From: Orbicella franksi
Lineage: Eukaryota
Assembly (NCBI GenBank): GCA_964199315.1
Contig: OZ116702.1
Span: 33,170,001-33,234,000, forward strand
Reading direction: 5' to 3'
DNA: 64,000 bases
The notes below the pieces were generated by a model. It worked only from the letters and a program-made list of their open reading frames with translations, had not been told where the DNA came from and made no database searches. The position numbers and the translations under genes are program-made. Positions 26,885 through 39,600 of this stretch are shown piece by piece; position 1 is the stretch's first letter, and each line of letters opens with the position of its first letter.

Positions 26885-29800
26885 TTACACATGATATCCC
26901 TTGCCATTGTCCAGCATTCCTTCAGCCTCTTCAGGGTTAGTGATGTTCTTGTCATACTTTTGCCGCTTGAAGAATCCCAGCTAAAGATAAATAGCAGTTC
27001 AAACATTAATCCAGGCATTATCAATATTTCTAAATGAACATGGATGTGACACACAAGTTCAAGAAACAACATGTTAGTATAAAAGTTAACAAGGGCATAA
27101 AGCATGAATTAAAAGTGTATGGACTCTCAGTGACAGATGTTAAACACTTAGTATTTCATGCACAAAACTACAGTTGTAAGTAAGTGTCTGATTAAACCCT
27201 TATGACATCTGTTTACCTGTAGTGCTGTATTTTCAAATGTAAGTTAAATAAGTGGATGAAATCTTACTGTGTAATCATTCAAATGAAAGCTGTATTTTCA
27301 CATTAATTTACTGTGATGTGTAAATTATACTACACAAGGAGGCTCTTAGTGTCTGTGGATAAAACCTTTATATAGCATGCAATGGCTAGCCCATACATCA
27401 GGACACTAAATAAATTATTTGTAGAATTCTTCTAGTATACTAATGCAGATGCTGCAATGTGATTGACCATTAGAGCCATTGTCAGCCATTAGAGTGCAGT
27501 GGCTGTCAGTCATCTATGAAATGTTGACCTTTTTTTTTGTTGTTTTCTGAAGTTTTGGAGGAACATTTAGATGCAAACGGATAATTAAATTCCTGAGAAG
27601 ACTAAAAGAAGGCCATTAATGGTTTCTTGACTTTAAAAACTTGAATGGGTGCATACCTGGACAACTGCAAATTTCCAATGGCAATTCAGTCCATGGGATT
27701 TTGTTAAAGTGTAATGTTTAATAACACATGGAAAAATAATTGGAAACCATTATTTGCATTAATTTCAGTTAGAATTCTACTAAAACAATAAGATTATTCG
27801 CTCTTGATTTCTATGAGGTCATAACTATCACCTCATAGAAATCTTGAGCTCATAATCTAATAGTTAATTACAACACTATTTTTTTGTGCCATGCACACTC
27901 ACCTTATATAAACAAAATACTATCAGGACTAATAGAAGAACAGCACCCACAACACAGACTGGTATAACCCACTTGGGGAGTCCTTTAGAGGGCACCGCAA
28001 CATCAGCATCTGGATTCAGTTGTGTACCAACCTAAATAAACAAAAATCAGAGATGACAATTAATAACAATACATTGAAAATACAATTTTCAAACCACCTA
28101 GGGAAACTAAAAACTGACAAAAAATCTGGGCTTGGAAGATCAAGGATAAATTTATGTTTAATGTTTGCCATGGAGAGAGTCGCTTTAAGTACTTAGGAGG
28201 GTTGAAAACTTGGAATCTACTGTATCTTGAATGAGTTCTGGGTCACAAAGAACCCATCCTCCGAGACCCAGAGACAGGAGGAAATAAATCAGGCAAAAGT
28301 AAGAACCTCTTTCCCTAACACCAGCCCCTCCTACTAACAGCACTGAGGAACTATTTTTTCTGAACAGGACAAACATACATGATTTCATGTCTTGGTTACA
28401 CTTGGGGAGTTCAATTTCAAGTTTTTGTAGTTCTGACATATTACATCAACTTTATACAATCGAACCTCCCAAGAGCAACCACCCGAAATGCCAAGCCTAG
28501 GTGATTGCTTGTGGGAGGTGGTGGCTTATGAGAGCTTAGACCATAATGGGTCAAAATTTTGCCTTGATAGTATAATATGGTAGCTACTGAGAATTACCCT
28601 ATGTTTTTAATGTTTCACTGAATGATGTGAAAGTCAATTTTGAGAAAAACTATGGTACTTCCCAGTGGGAAATTTTGGTCTGTTATTACTACCCCGGAAT
28701 GCAAGAATGTTATAACACCTTATTATCCAATTTCCGCTCTATTATCTGTCAAGTGGTAGCTCATGCGAGGTTAACAACAAAAGAATATTTCAAACTTTAA
28801 GCTTCTAAAAGTGGTCGCAGTTGCTTGCAAGAGGTGGTGGCTTACAAGAGGTTCCAAATAATTTTTTAGAGATTTGACTAGGGAAACTTTTGGTAAAAAT
28901 GTATTTTGGAAAACTGGTTGCTGAGCAGAGGTGGTCGCTTACAAGAGGTGATTGCAACCAGAGGTTCAACTGTAGTATGCTTTCAAAGCAAAAACCTGAA
29001 AGAAATAAGCACCCTTTTTTTGTTTTTTGTTTTGTTTTGTTTTGTTTTTTTTTTGGGGGGGGGGGGGGAGCTTATCACAGCATTTCTGGGTTTAGATTCA
29101 AGGAAATAACCTGACCTGTGCCTTGTTGTTGTCCGTGTTAGTCTCTTGTACAAAGGTGTTCAGTGACCTCACTGTAGCATGCGATATCACTCTTAGCAGC
29201 TGGCCTTCATAATCCTATATAACCAACAAAACATTTTAGCATAACCACCAGTTAACCAAATTGAAAGGTTTCTACTAAACATTCTGACAGTTTTACATGT
29301 AGCAAGCACATAATTCTGTCAGTTCAAAATTTGAAAACACTTGCCTCTATCATAGTACCATTCCAAAGGCGAGACACTATTGTAAATGTGACATCATCAC
29401 CCGCTTGCAAAAAATCTATCTCGCAACGAATATTTGTGCACTTTGCAGATCCTAACTTGCAGTCCTAAGGGAAAAAAAACCATTTACTTTGTACAGTGTG
29501 CATGTGGTAAGTTTTGTTATTGCTACATTTCTGGTTTTACTTTGAACCTTAAAGGAGCTCAGTCACGGTTTGCATGTTTTAAAAAGTTTAGCCTAAATTT
29601 TTCAAATTCGTTGTTTGCAATCCGTGTCAATCTTCGCCATCCTTGACCATCTTTGTTCCTTTATGGTTTATTATTATCTCTTTGATGTTTTTCTATCTTA
29701 GTAAACTACTATTTTCAGGTTTCCTTCCATTTAAAGGAGATTTTGTATGTGGCAAAAAAAAAAAAAAAAAAAAAAAAAAAGACAAAACACCATCGTGACT

Positions 29801-32800
29801 GAGCTCCTTTAAGATTATTAGCAACAGAGAGATTACAAACAACTCATTTTTCCCCTGACAACAATGGACAGAGTGGACATAAGATACTGTGGGTCCAACC
29901 AGTAATTAAATTAAATTAAATTAAATTAAATTAAAGGCAGAGGCATATTTAGTGAGGTACTTAATCCCTTTGTTGCTCCATCAGAAACTGTATCACTTAT
30001 GGTAATGAGGCAAATTTTGTAAACAAAGATTCTCCTTTTGTAGGGAACAGAAAATTTCTGAGGTTTATTTTTGCTTTGGCTTGCATCCTTGGGCATGTAA
30101 GGGGCACAGAGATGTTGCAGTTTTGTGGAGGGGAGTGTATATTTAACCTGTGTATAGCTGTAACTTTGGGGATTGAGAAGGCAAGGGGCTGCATTTTCTG
30201 ACTTTCACATCCCCCGTCATCCTTGGGCTCAGGGCAAGAACAGTATAGTAATAATGCTAAGACAGATGACAACAATAATAAGTAGAGAAAAGCCTTTGAT
30301 GAGCAATGCATTCTCAAACCTAAACAGAGAAGAAATGTAACTATAAGGCTACAACTAGGAGTGTTGATATTTTGATCTTGGGATCTTCTTACCAGTTCAG
30401 TTTGAAGTTTCTCAGCCTTGGCAGGTTCAGCTTCTCGTTTCACCTTTGCACTAGACTCTCCCTGGTTCTCATCTGCTTCACGTCTTCTCCGCTTCTTTGC
30501 TCCTACATCCTCAGACGTGTCATTTTGCTGTTGCCCAGAGCTACCACTTAAAGATGTCTGGAGGAGGAAATAGAGACATTTTATTTAACTGGATCCACAT
30601 TTGAAAGTAGCCTTTGTGATATGTCAGGCTTGAGACGTTTGTCAAATGTTCATGGTCAACACTCAAAAGATGGACACCCTGTGAAAGGTGTCATATGGTT
30701 CATGCCGGTACCCATTTACATGTATACTACTGGGGGGGGGGGGGGGGGGGTGTCTCTCCCATATAAAAAGGATGGTGCCTGTCATACCTTGTAGCGGTTA
30801 CAAAAGCGGTTTTCGTACCTCTTAGGGTGTTCAGCCTCAAAAGGTCCACAGCAGGAACTTTTGAGGTACTTTTAGAATACTGAGCGAAAAAAGTATTCAG
30901 GGCTCGAAATTGCGACTCACTGGTTGCCAATGCGACCAAAAATTGAGCACTGGCGACTAAATTTTCAGAACTGATCGCCAGCTGGCAACTCGCGTTTTGT
31001 CCGGTAACTAAAGAAAACCACGACGTAACTTTTGTTTTTAAATGTCTATATTAGGAAATCAATCGGATATGGTAGCTAGCATACAACTCACCTTTCCATC
31101 CCCAGTAAAGTAATGTCTGAATATTACAAGATAATCGAAAAAATTGAATGTATTTCGACACATCGATATTGCGTTCACGGCGCGCCACATTGTTTCAGCG
31201 GCTTCTTCCGAAACTGGGATCACAGGCACACTTCAACACCATGTGCTTTTCATTTGCCGCGAAAATGGTGGCAGATACCAATCAGCTGAAGGAATTACAT
31301 GAGTTTTTACGGGCGGGGAATAAAGACTCAGCCAAAAGGTTAATCCAAACTTTGAATCCTTCATCAGTTGTTGAATAAAATACGCAAATACACAAGGACC
31401 CGTGTTTGTCTCACAATGAAAACCACAGACTTAAAATGTTTCATGCTTCACTTCATTTAAAATGACTATGGAGACAACCATCACCTTCGGACCAGAGACA
31501 TATCACCTGAGAACAATGGTCGCTTTATAACGAAGTGTTACTCGTGTTGTTTCTAATTGTTTTTGCTCTTCAATTGTGACTTTTCTTGCATGCAAAGTAA
31601 CGTATAAAATCGTGTTCTTGTGTGCGTTATATATAAAATAAGTTGGTGACCAATTAGTATCTCTTAGGGGTAAAAAAAATTCAAGCCATGCCTACAAAAC
31701 AGGATCCTGGTACCTTTTAGAGGTTCTTTTCAAATTTTCCAACAGGCAGCGCCTTCCTTTTTATATAGGAGTCTCTCCCCCCCCCCCCCCCAGGTATACT
31801 ACTGACTGGAGGTACCAGGTGCCAGGCATCACTTATGACCTTCCCCCCCCCCCCCTCCCCACTTGCCAAGGCTTGAACCTGTAGCACTTGATCCTACATT
31901 TGGCACATTAAACAATAGGCCTGGTATATCACAAAAGCCTCACACACACTCAACATTGTGAAAAATAGGTATAAAACAGATGGATCACTTCTCATCCACA
32001 ATGTAAGTGCTCAATGTACTTCAAACATTCTGTTGTATTTTAATTGAAGATTAGTAACTGACAGTAGAAAAGTAAGTTCTTGAATTGTTTGTAGTGACAT
32101 ACTCACCTCTAATCCAAGCATATTTAACTGACCATCTTTGAAATCGCATTTAACTCTTTTGTCATCAAACTAGAAAGACAAACCAAGTCTTAATGTCAGT
32201 CACATTAAGTTTACAGAGTGAACACACATTTCTCCTTACAATAATAGTGCATTGTCAAGCAGGTAGGTGATATGAAGAAAGAAAATATATTTTGATCAAC
32301 TGGATATCTGACCTTGATGTGGGTCAACAAATTCTCAAAACTAACAATAAATGAACATGTCTCTTTATATAAGGGAAATTTACTAACCTGAACAGCTATA
32401 AGGTAAAGTAAATGCTTTCCACTGGGTGCTTCAAAAGGCCATTGAATTACAATTTCAGTAGAAGGAACTGGATCAGGGCCACGATTTTTTACCTTAAATA
32501 AATTTAGCATAATTTAGTTAAACATTTGATAATAATTATTTCAACTACATGTTATTTGTAGTGGTTCAAATAAAAAAAAAAAAACTAAATTAAATAAATT
32601 TACAATATTTAGAGAGTAAGCCACATCAGCCTGAGCTGGTTTTCATGCAGCTCCTCAATCCTGGCCGAATTGGAATTTGGAAATGTTGGTTTTTGCGGAG
32701 GGAGGGAAAACTGGAGAACCCAGAGAAAAACACTCAGAGCAAGGCAAGAACCAACAACAAAATCAACCCACACATGGCACTGGGCCAGAATCAAACCCGG

Positions 32801-35800
32801 GCTACACTGGTGGGAGGTAAGCACTCCCACCACTGCACCACCCTGCTCCTCAAATTGGAAGTGAAATGCTGCTGTTTCTTCATTGATAACTTAATATATA
32901 AATTTCAGGAAAATTTGGGAGCTAATAGTAAACTTATACTATTGCAGGGTTGAAAAAGTGCCTGGCTGCAGGCAAAATTTTGTATACTTCATGATCTTGG
33001 CCAGCTACGCTGTCTAGCTTCAAAACTTTGCAACAACCATGCTCATGGTATTGCATGTGTACTACGATAAAACTGCATTATATTGGTCCAAAGTTCCCAT
33101 ACCACCAGAACTTTTAGCGACTCTGGCTTGCAGCAGCAACTGAGTAGTCATATGGTATGCAAGCAAGTTCACCACAGGTTACACCCTTGCAAGTGTGTAA
33201 CTTGCTCCAAAACTGGTTCTCCTTTATAATTTTTCCTGGTTAGAGAGATGCCATATTCCAAGTAGGGCAAAGTGTCTTGCACAGTGAAAGTTTGATTTCA
33301 ATCCCATAATTCTGAACTGGGAAGTACTAAATAAATGTTTCACCACATTCTCAAAGTTAACTATTAAACATGGACAGAATTATTATTTGCAAGGAGAGAG
33401 AAATTACAAAATACTTACAAAGTATTTATGTTTGACTTGATTGCCAATGTCTGATGCACGAACCATTGCACTTTCACCAACAACCTTACCACCATAAGAT
33501 ACCTGTTCTTCAACTGTAGTACTAAAACAAACACAAACACCATTAAGAGCGTTTCAAAAACCAAACATCTGTAATAATAGAAAGTGACCATGAGGCGCTG
33601 TACATGTCGCCACGTCTTTAACACTTACCCATTAACCTCCAAGTCTGCCTGTGACTTGATAGAGATATTCAAGAACCGCTTGTTGTCATCTAATGTTTCT
33701 TTCTCTTCTTCGTTTGTACTAAAAGGAAAGAAAACAAAACCCTTATGATTTTACAAGGTACAGTTCAATATTGATTTTTCAAAACATCAAGCTCAGTTTA
33801 TGGAACCTGAAATCTGTAGCTCCTTACAGAGGCTTGCAAAAAAGTAACTCATTTGTACAGTCGTTTTCAGCTAGTATAGACAAGTGGCTTCCTGACTGCA
33901 CATGAGGGGAAGACATTTCATAATGATAAGGAGGGCCAATGAAGGAGGAAAGAGACAGGGACAAGGACAAACAGTCAGACCCGAGGTAGAGAAGAAGTGG
34001 AAAAGGGAAGAGATAGATTAGAAAAGGAGAAGAGATGACAGGGAGAATGAGGAGGAGTAGGAAGAGAAGGACAAGGGACAAAAGGAGAGGAATGTGGGGA
34101 AGAGAAGGATGAGGAGAAACACAATGAAAGAGTACCAGCTTGCTCCAACTGACCTGTTTGTACTAAGGTATATAGGCAGGAAATCTGGTGAGTCGGCATA
34201 TCTTTCAGTCCGTAACTCAATCTGAATTGATTGCTGAAATGTAACGAAACTAATTAAGAAGCTGTTAGTAGTCAAACTGTACAAACAAGGCATCAACGTG
34301 AGTAATCTTATCATAATACATTTGTTGTCAACTGAAAGGTTTTTTCGTATATGACATTGATGCATCTAATTACCTCTTTCTTTTTCAATGGAGTATTTAA
34401 GTTGACGGTGAGCAGGGTGTCATTTGAGTCCAGTTTTGTCTCTTCAACTTTCCCACCTTTTAACACCTAAACACAAATCATTGAGAAACTTTTAAATGCA
34501 AAAAGGATCATTGAAACTCTCTCTTAGGTTAAGAAACCATTAGGATATGTAAGCTTTAGGGAGAATGAAGTCTGCCTTTTAGAGTTGTGTGTGCCTAAAA
34601 GAGGTGTTTGCCTCACAGAGGGCTAATGTTGCCTGTCACCAGAAATCTCATACACAATTTGATGATTTGGAAATGGTAACAACATTTGTAAGTGTTAACC
34701 TAGTAACATTTTGCAGTCCTTTTCTATGTGATGAATGATGGAATATTAGCTTGAATTATCAGAACATGGAAGACAGTTAGTACTTTGCACATGTAAGTCC
34801 TGCCTATAATCCACTGTGGACAAATGTGCATTTTCAGAGAGTCTGCCAGTACTTCTAATCATAACTTCTTCCAAACATAATGATCACTACATGACAATGA
34901 AAGTAAATTAATGATTACTACATGACAATGCGAGTAAATTAAAGGGGCAGTATCACGAGAGGTCTCCTAAGTTTTTTGTGAAAACTATGCTAGAATTATA
35001 AAGGTGCACTCACTGATCAACAAAGTAACCTTTTAAAGACAAAAAAAGCATAAAATTAAATCTCTAAAAGGTCAATGATTTTCAGTGATTTTCCTCCAAG
35101 TAACATTGTCAAACTTGAAAACATCGGCCCAACGTTTTCAAGTTTTAGCCCACTTCTTTCCTACTCGTCCGTAGCCACAACAATTGTAAACAACTTTCGT
35201 GACTAGTACAGTACATTTTAGCAACTTCTAGTGGGTATCCAATTAAAACCAACACCTTCATTGGATCTTCAAGAAGCACTAAATCTTGGTGAGACTGCCC
35301 CTTTAAGTTGTAAGTTGAACTTCTACAAGGCTATACTCACCCCCTCTCCCTCTAATATTCTTCCTCTCTTAATTCCTTTGGGAATGGTAACATATAACTT
35401 AGCATTGTATGCGTCATCTCCTTTGTTCATCACTGTAACTTCCAATTTGTAAATTTCAGCACCAACAGCCAGCGTCCTTCGAGGGAAAAAGGCATTAGCT
35501 TAACTCTATTGTTTGTCACTTCAGATCATGTGTTGCTATTTCTAAGAGTTGCTTCTTTCAATATAAATAATATTAACACCACATTAATTTTCAACATACA
35601 CCTGTTTTGAACAAAGCCCTGCTAGTATCAAACTTGGTATCAAACTTAGTATTTAACTAGCTCTTCCATGGCTACATTTTGTACAATTCTTATAATGAGC
35701 TTCTCTATTTTGTACTCTCCAAAGTTCCCACATGCATCATAAGTCAATAGTAAAGCACACTAAAGCACAAATGTATTTAATCATTTTTGAAATATTTCAA

Positions 35801-36639
35801 TCACAAACACATTGATGGAAACAAATTGAAAAATTAAATCTACATTAATAGCCAGATGCATAAGGAAAGAAGTCTAAAGAGGACTTTTAAACTTTAGAAA
35901 ATAATGTAATTGTCAAATAACATTTTCAACTCACCGTTTGCTTTTACTGTCATCCAGTATCAAATCTGGAACACACTTTACACAGTCTCTTTTAAATGTC
36001 AGCTACAAGAGGGAAAACCAAAATCTTGAGAAAATGTGTACTAAGAAACCATGCATGTTTTAAATTATTTTGTTTCATATGCCTAATTCTTTCCACACTC
36101 AAGGACAAAAAAGCCCTTTATGACCATGCCTGCTGAACAACATAGATCTGAGAAGCCCCTCTGACGGAACATTAATCTTCTATTAATAAGTATGGAGGAC
36201 TGCTTTTTCTGTTGAAACAGTGCTAGTTTGGGCTCATATCTGTTCATATCTGGCTCATATCTCAACAGTCTAAACAACAAGTCAAATCACTCTGAAAAGA
36301 ATAAAAAGATTCCTCATTAACAGCAAGGCCAATAAAAATGCAAGACAGAGTTTCAAACTCAGAGAAAAAAGATAAAAGGTACTAATTTCGATTTCAGCAA
36401 AACCATCTTTTCATGACCATGAACAGGAATTCATACCAATATGTAAATGAACCTACAGTACATCAAGCCAAGATTGTTACTCCATAGAAAGAATCTTAAT
36501 GGGTAAGTCCTTGATGCCATGTTTTCAGTTTACTTTGACCTTTCTGGTAACAAGGTTTCTCGCCTATCTTTGCATTCCCAAAGAGGAATCTTCATTTTAC
36601 CAAATGTCTTGACTTTTAATTTAACTTCTCAAACGCATG

Positions 36640-36674
<35 letters not shown>

Positions 36675-39600
36675 CCGTGAAGGAGGTTTGGATACCCGGT
36701 CTTAATTAGCATAGATTTTGACGAATTTGCTTCTCCGTTTACTCCTTAGTTTTTGTTTCGATTGAGAAGATGTATCAAACACTCGAGACAGTGTTTCATC
36801 GGCTATCCAAAAACCTCGAATTTCATCAAAAATACTCCACTGCGCATCGTATTTTCAACTCCCTTCTTGGTGTTTGGATATCCCAATGAAACACTGTCTC
36901 TTGTGTTTGATACATTACCTAACATTATTTGGCAGGAACTGGATAGGTGGGCTTACCAATGCAGTTGCTTCCTGCGGTTTCAGAGGATCTAAAACTGAAT
37001 ATGGAACAAGAGATGGCAGGTCTGTTGGGCTACCAGGGGGTGATGGAGTCTTCTTCACAATATGATATGTCAGTTTGAATTTAATGTCAGGATAAACATC
37101 TGCATCTGTTACTCCTTCCTGAAAAGGCAGGTCAAAATTAACATGGAAATTTTGCAAATGCAGCTCACAAGACAAATACAGTCATTTTGGGCATCCTTAC
37201 CCAATGACCCTAAAAGCGGTGGGGTTGAGCGGGGGTAGCAGTACTCCCAAGGCCAACAAAATTCAGCTTCCCTAACAAACCACCTGTCCGAAGTTAAGGT
37301 GGAGAACTCTGTCCTCACTAGTCAGAGGAAGGAGGGACATTCTTGGGTTATGTTATGAGCCACTGGACTTTTTTCAGGTCTGGTTTTGTCCTAAAAAGGA
37401 AATTGTTGAGTCAGGAGCCTCCCAATTTTGTGTCGATCATATCTCCCCATCACTAATATTCCTGACTGCCTACCCCACCCCCCCCCCCCCCACTGCCTCA
37501 CCCAATAATGATCACTCACCCTGATATACGCCTCCCATGTAAAACATTTGTTGCTGTCGCTCAAAATCCCTTCAGTGCGATTGATCTCATCCTTTTTATT
37601 TGCCTTGAAAAGGACTCTCTTAGTTGATTCCACGACATAATCAATGTCAGACTTCATTAATAACAACACATCTGAAAGATGAAAATTTGCAGGTCATTTC
37701 ATGGAGGGCCCTCATAATGAAAGTAAAACATACACTTACATGTGAGCAAAGCCTGTGAATGGTCCTTTCAAAAGTGCAACTTACCTATTTTATCTGTTAC
37801 ATTTCCAGATCTTTCAGTATACTTTGTACAAACAGAAATGGAGAAGCTGGTTACAAAAACAGCAAAAAAAAACATAACGTTAAAAGGAATCCAGGCTAAT
37901 AATAATTAAAACTAAAACAGTTGAAAATCAAAGGATAAATTCTCACCAATATGTGGCAAATAAAGTATTTCCTTCAAGTGTGGTTGCATTGCAGTTCTTG
38001 GCACCCTTGATATCAAATGTTTTGGGGTTGATTGTAATTGTTGACGACAGTGATATAACTGGTTTAGATCTGTAACAAAATTTTTGACATTCAGCTAAAA
38101 GGTGAGCTACTTGTGGCCTGATGGTTGGCCCATTCAACTTCAGATCAAGTGGCCTAGGCTAAAAATATCTAGCACACCAACCAAATAGAATATCTTTAAC
38201 TAATCCGAATAACTACAGCTGACTACATACCTGAGCAGGACTACAGTATCAGACTGGTAGGCTCCAATAAGGATATCTGGAAAATATACACATCGCATGT
38301 TAAACCCACTGACACTAGATTACAGATATTAACAGATACTGATTTCAGGCCATTTGTACTGATGAAAGGACAACTGATTTAGCAACCATGCCATCTGTTC
38401 AAGAGCAAATGGATAAAACGATAATAACTATTTGGCAATGTACTCGACTTTCATAGTTCCGTTACTTCACCTGAATATCCATTGAAATCCATGTCAAGTC
38501 CTCTAGACAAAGAATAACCAAAAGATTTGATGCCTGGTGACACAGAAGAACCTTTGATGACCTAGAACAGAAAAACAAGAAATTTAAAACATCAATCATC
38601 CTGTTATATCTCAATTCAACAAAAATATATTCATTTGGTATATTTCTTTGCAATGTAGCATACAATGTGGAGGCAGGACGGACTTAGAGCCAGATTTAAT
38701 GGTGGTTATCTGACAGATAGCAACGACATTCCCTGGTGATGGCCTTATGTGCCATTCATAATTCAGAAAGTCAGTAGGTCAGTCAGTCAGTCAATCAATC
38801 AATGAGTCAGCCAGCCTGTCAGTTACTTCTGTCTGTTCATCCGTCCCTCAGTCAGTCAGTCAGTTAGATAGTCAGTCAGTCAGTCAGTCAGTCAGTCAGC
38901 CAGCCAGCCAGTCAGTCAGTCAATCAATGAGTCAGCCAGCCAGTTATTCAGTCAGTCAGTTACTTCCTTCCGTTCATCTGTCCATCTGTTCGTCCTTCTG
39001 TCCATCTGTCTGTCAGTCAGTTAGTCAGTCAGTTAGTCAGTCAGTTAGTCAGTCAGTTAGTCAGTCAGTAACTTAAATAAAATGTTCCATTGGTGTGAGA
39101 CAATGTACCTGCATTGGTGTTTCCACAAGGCCATTTTTGGACCCTCTGTAGATGTAGACTACACCCTCGCCACCATCCTCATATGGGGCACCTATGGCTA
39201 CATCTGAAACAAAGCAATATCGACCACAGTAATTATAAAGCATTTTCTAAGCAATTATCAGTCATGTTTACTGTAATTTATGATAGATCTAGGTCTTTAA
39301 GGCATACATGTACCACAGACACTACAGAACAGTATGTGTATATTGGGTACCATAATAATGTACTCATAGAAGCTTGTAACATGTCACTTGAATTAATATA
39401 TTAAGCCTGCACTAGTAGCCTACTGAAACTAATTATGTACTGCAAATTATACATGGCTGTACAGTTATGTTTGGTTTTATGCAGTATGGTAAAAGTCTGC
39501 ACACAAGACTAGTGCCCCATCAGCGCTTATCTCCAGTTTCCATAGCATGAAACAACTGGGAGTACTTCTACTGCCCCCTGGATGGGATGCTAGTCCATCA

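Noticed and set aside
31148-31378. 76-aa ORF inside the nested element
   Set aside because: Possibly a transposase 5' remnant, but it has no diagnostic motif and cannot be supported as a gene.
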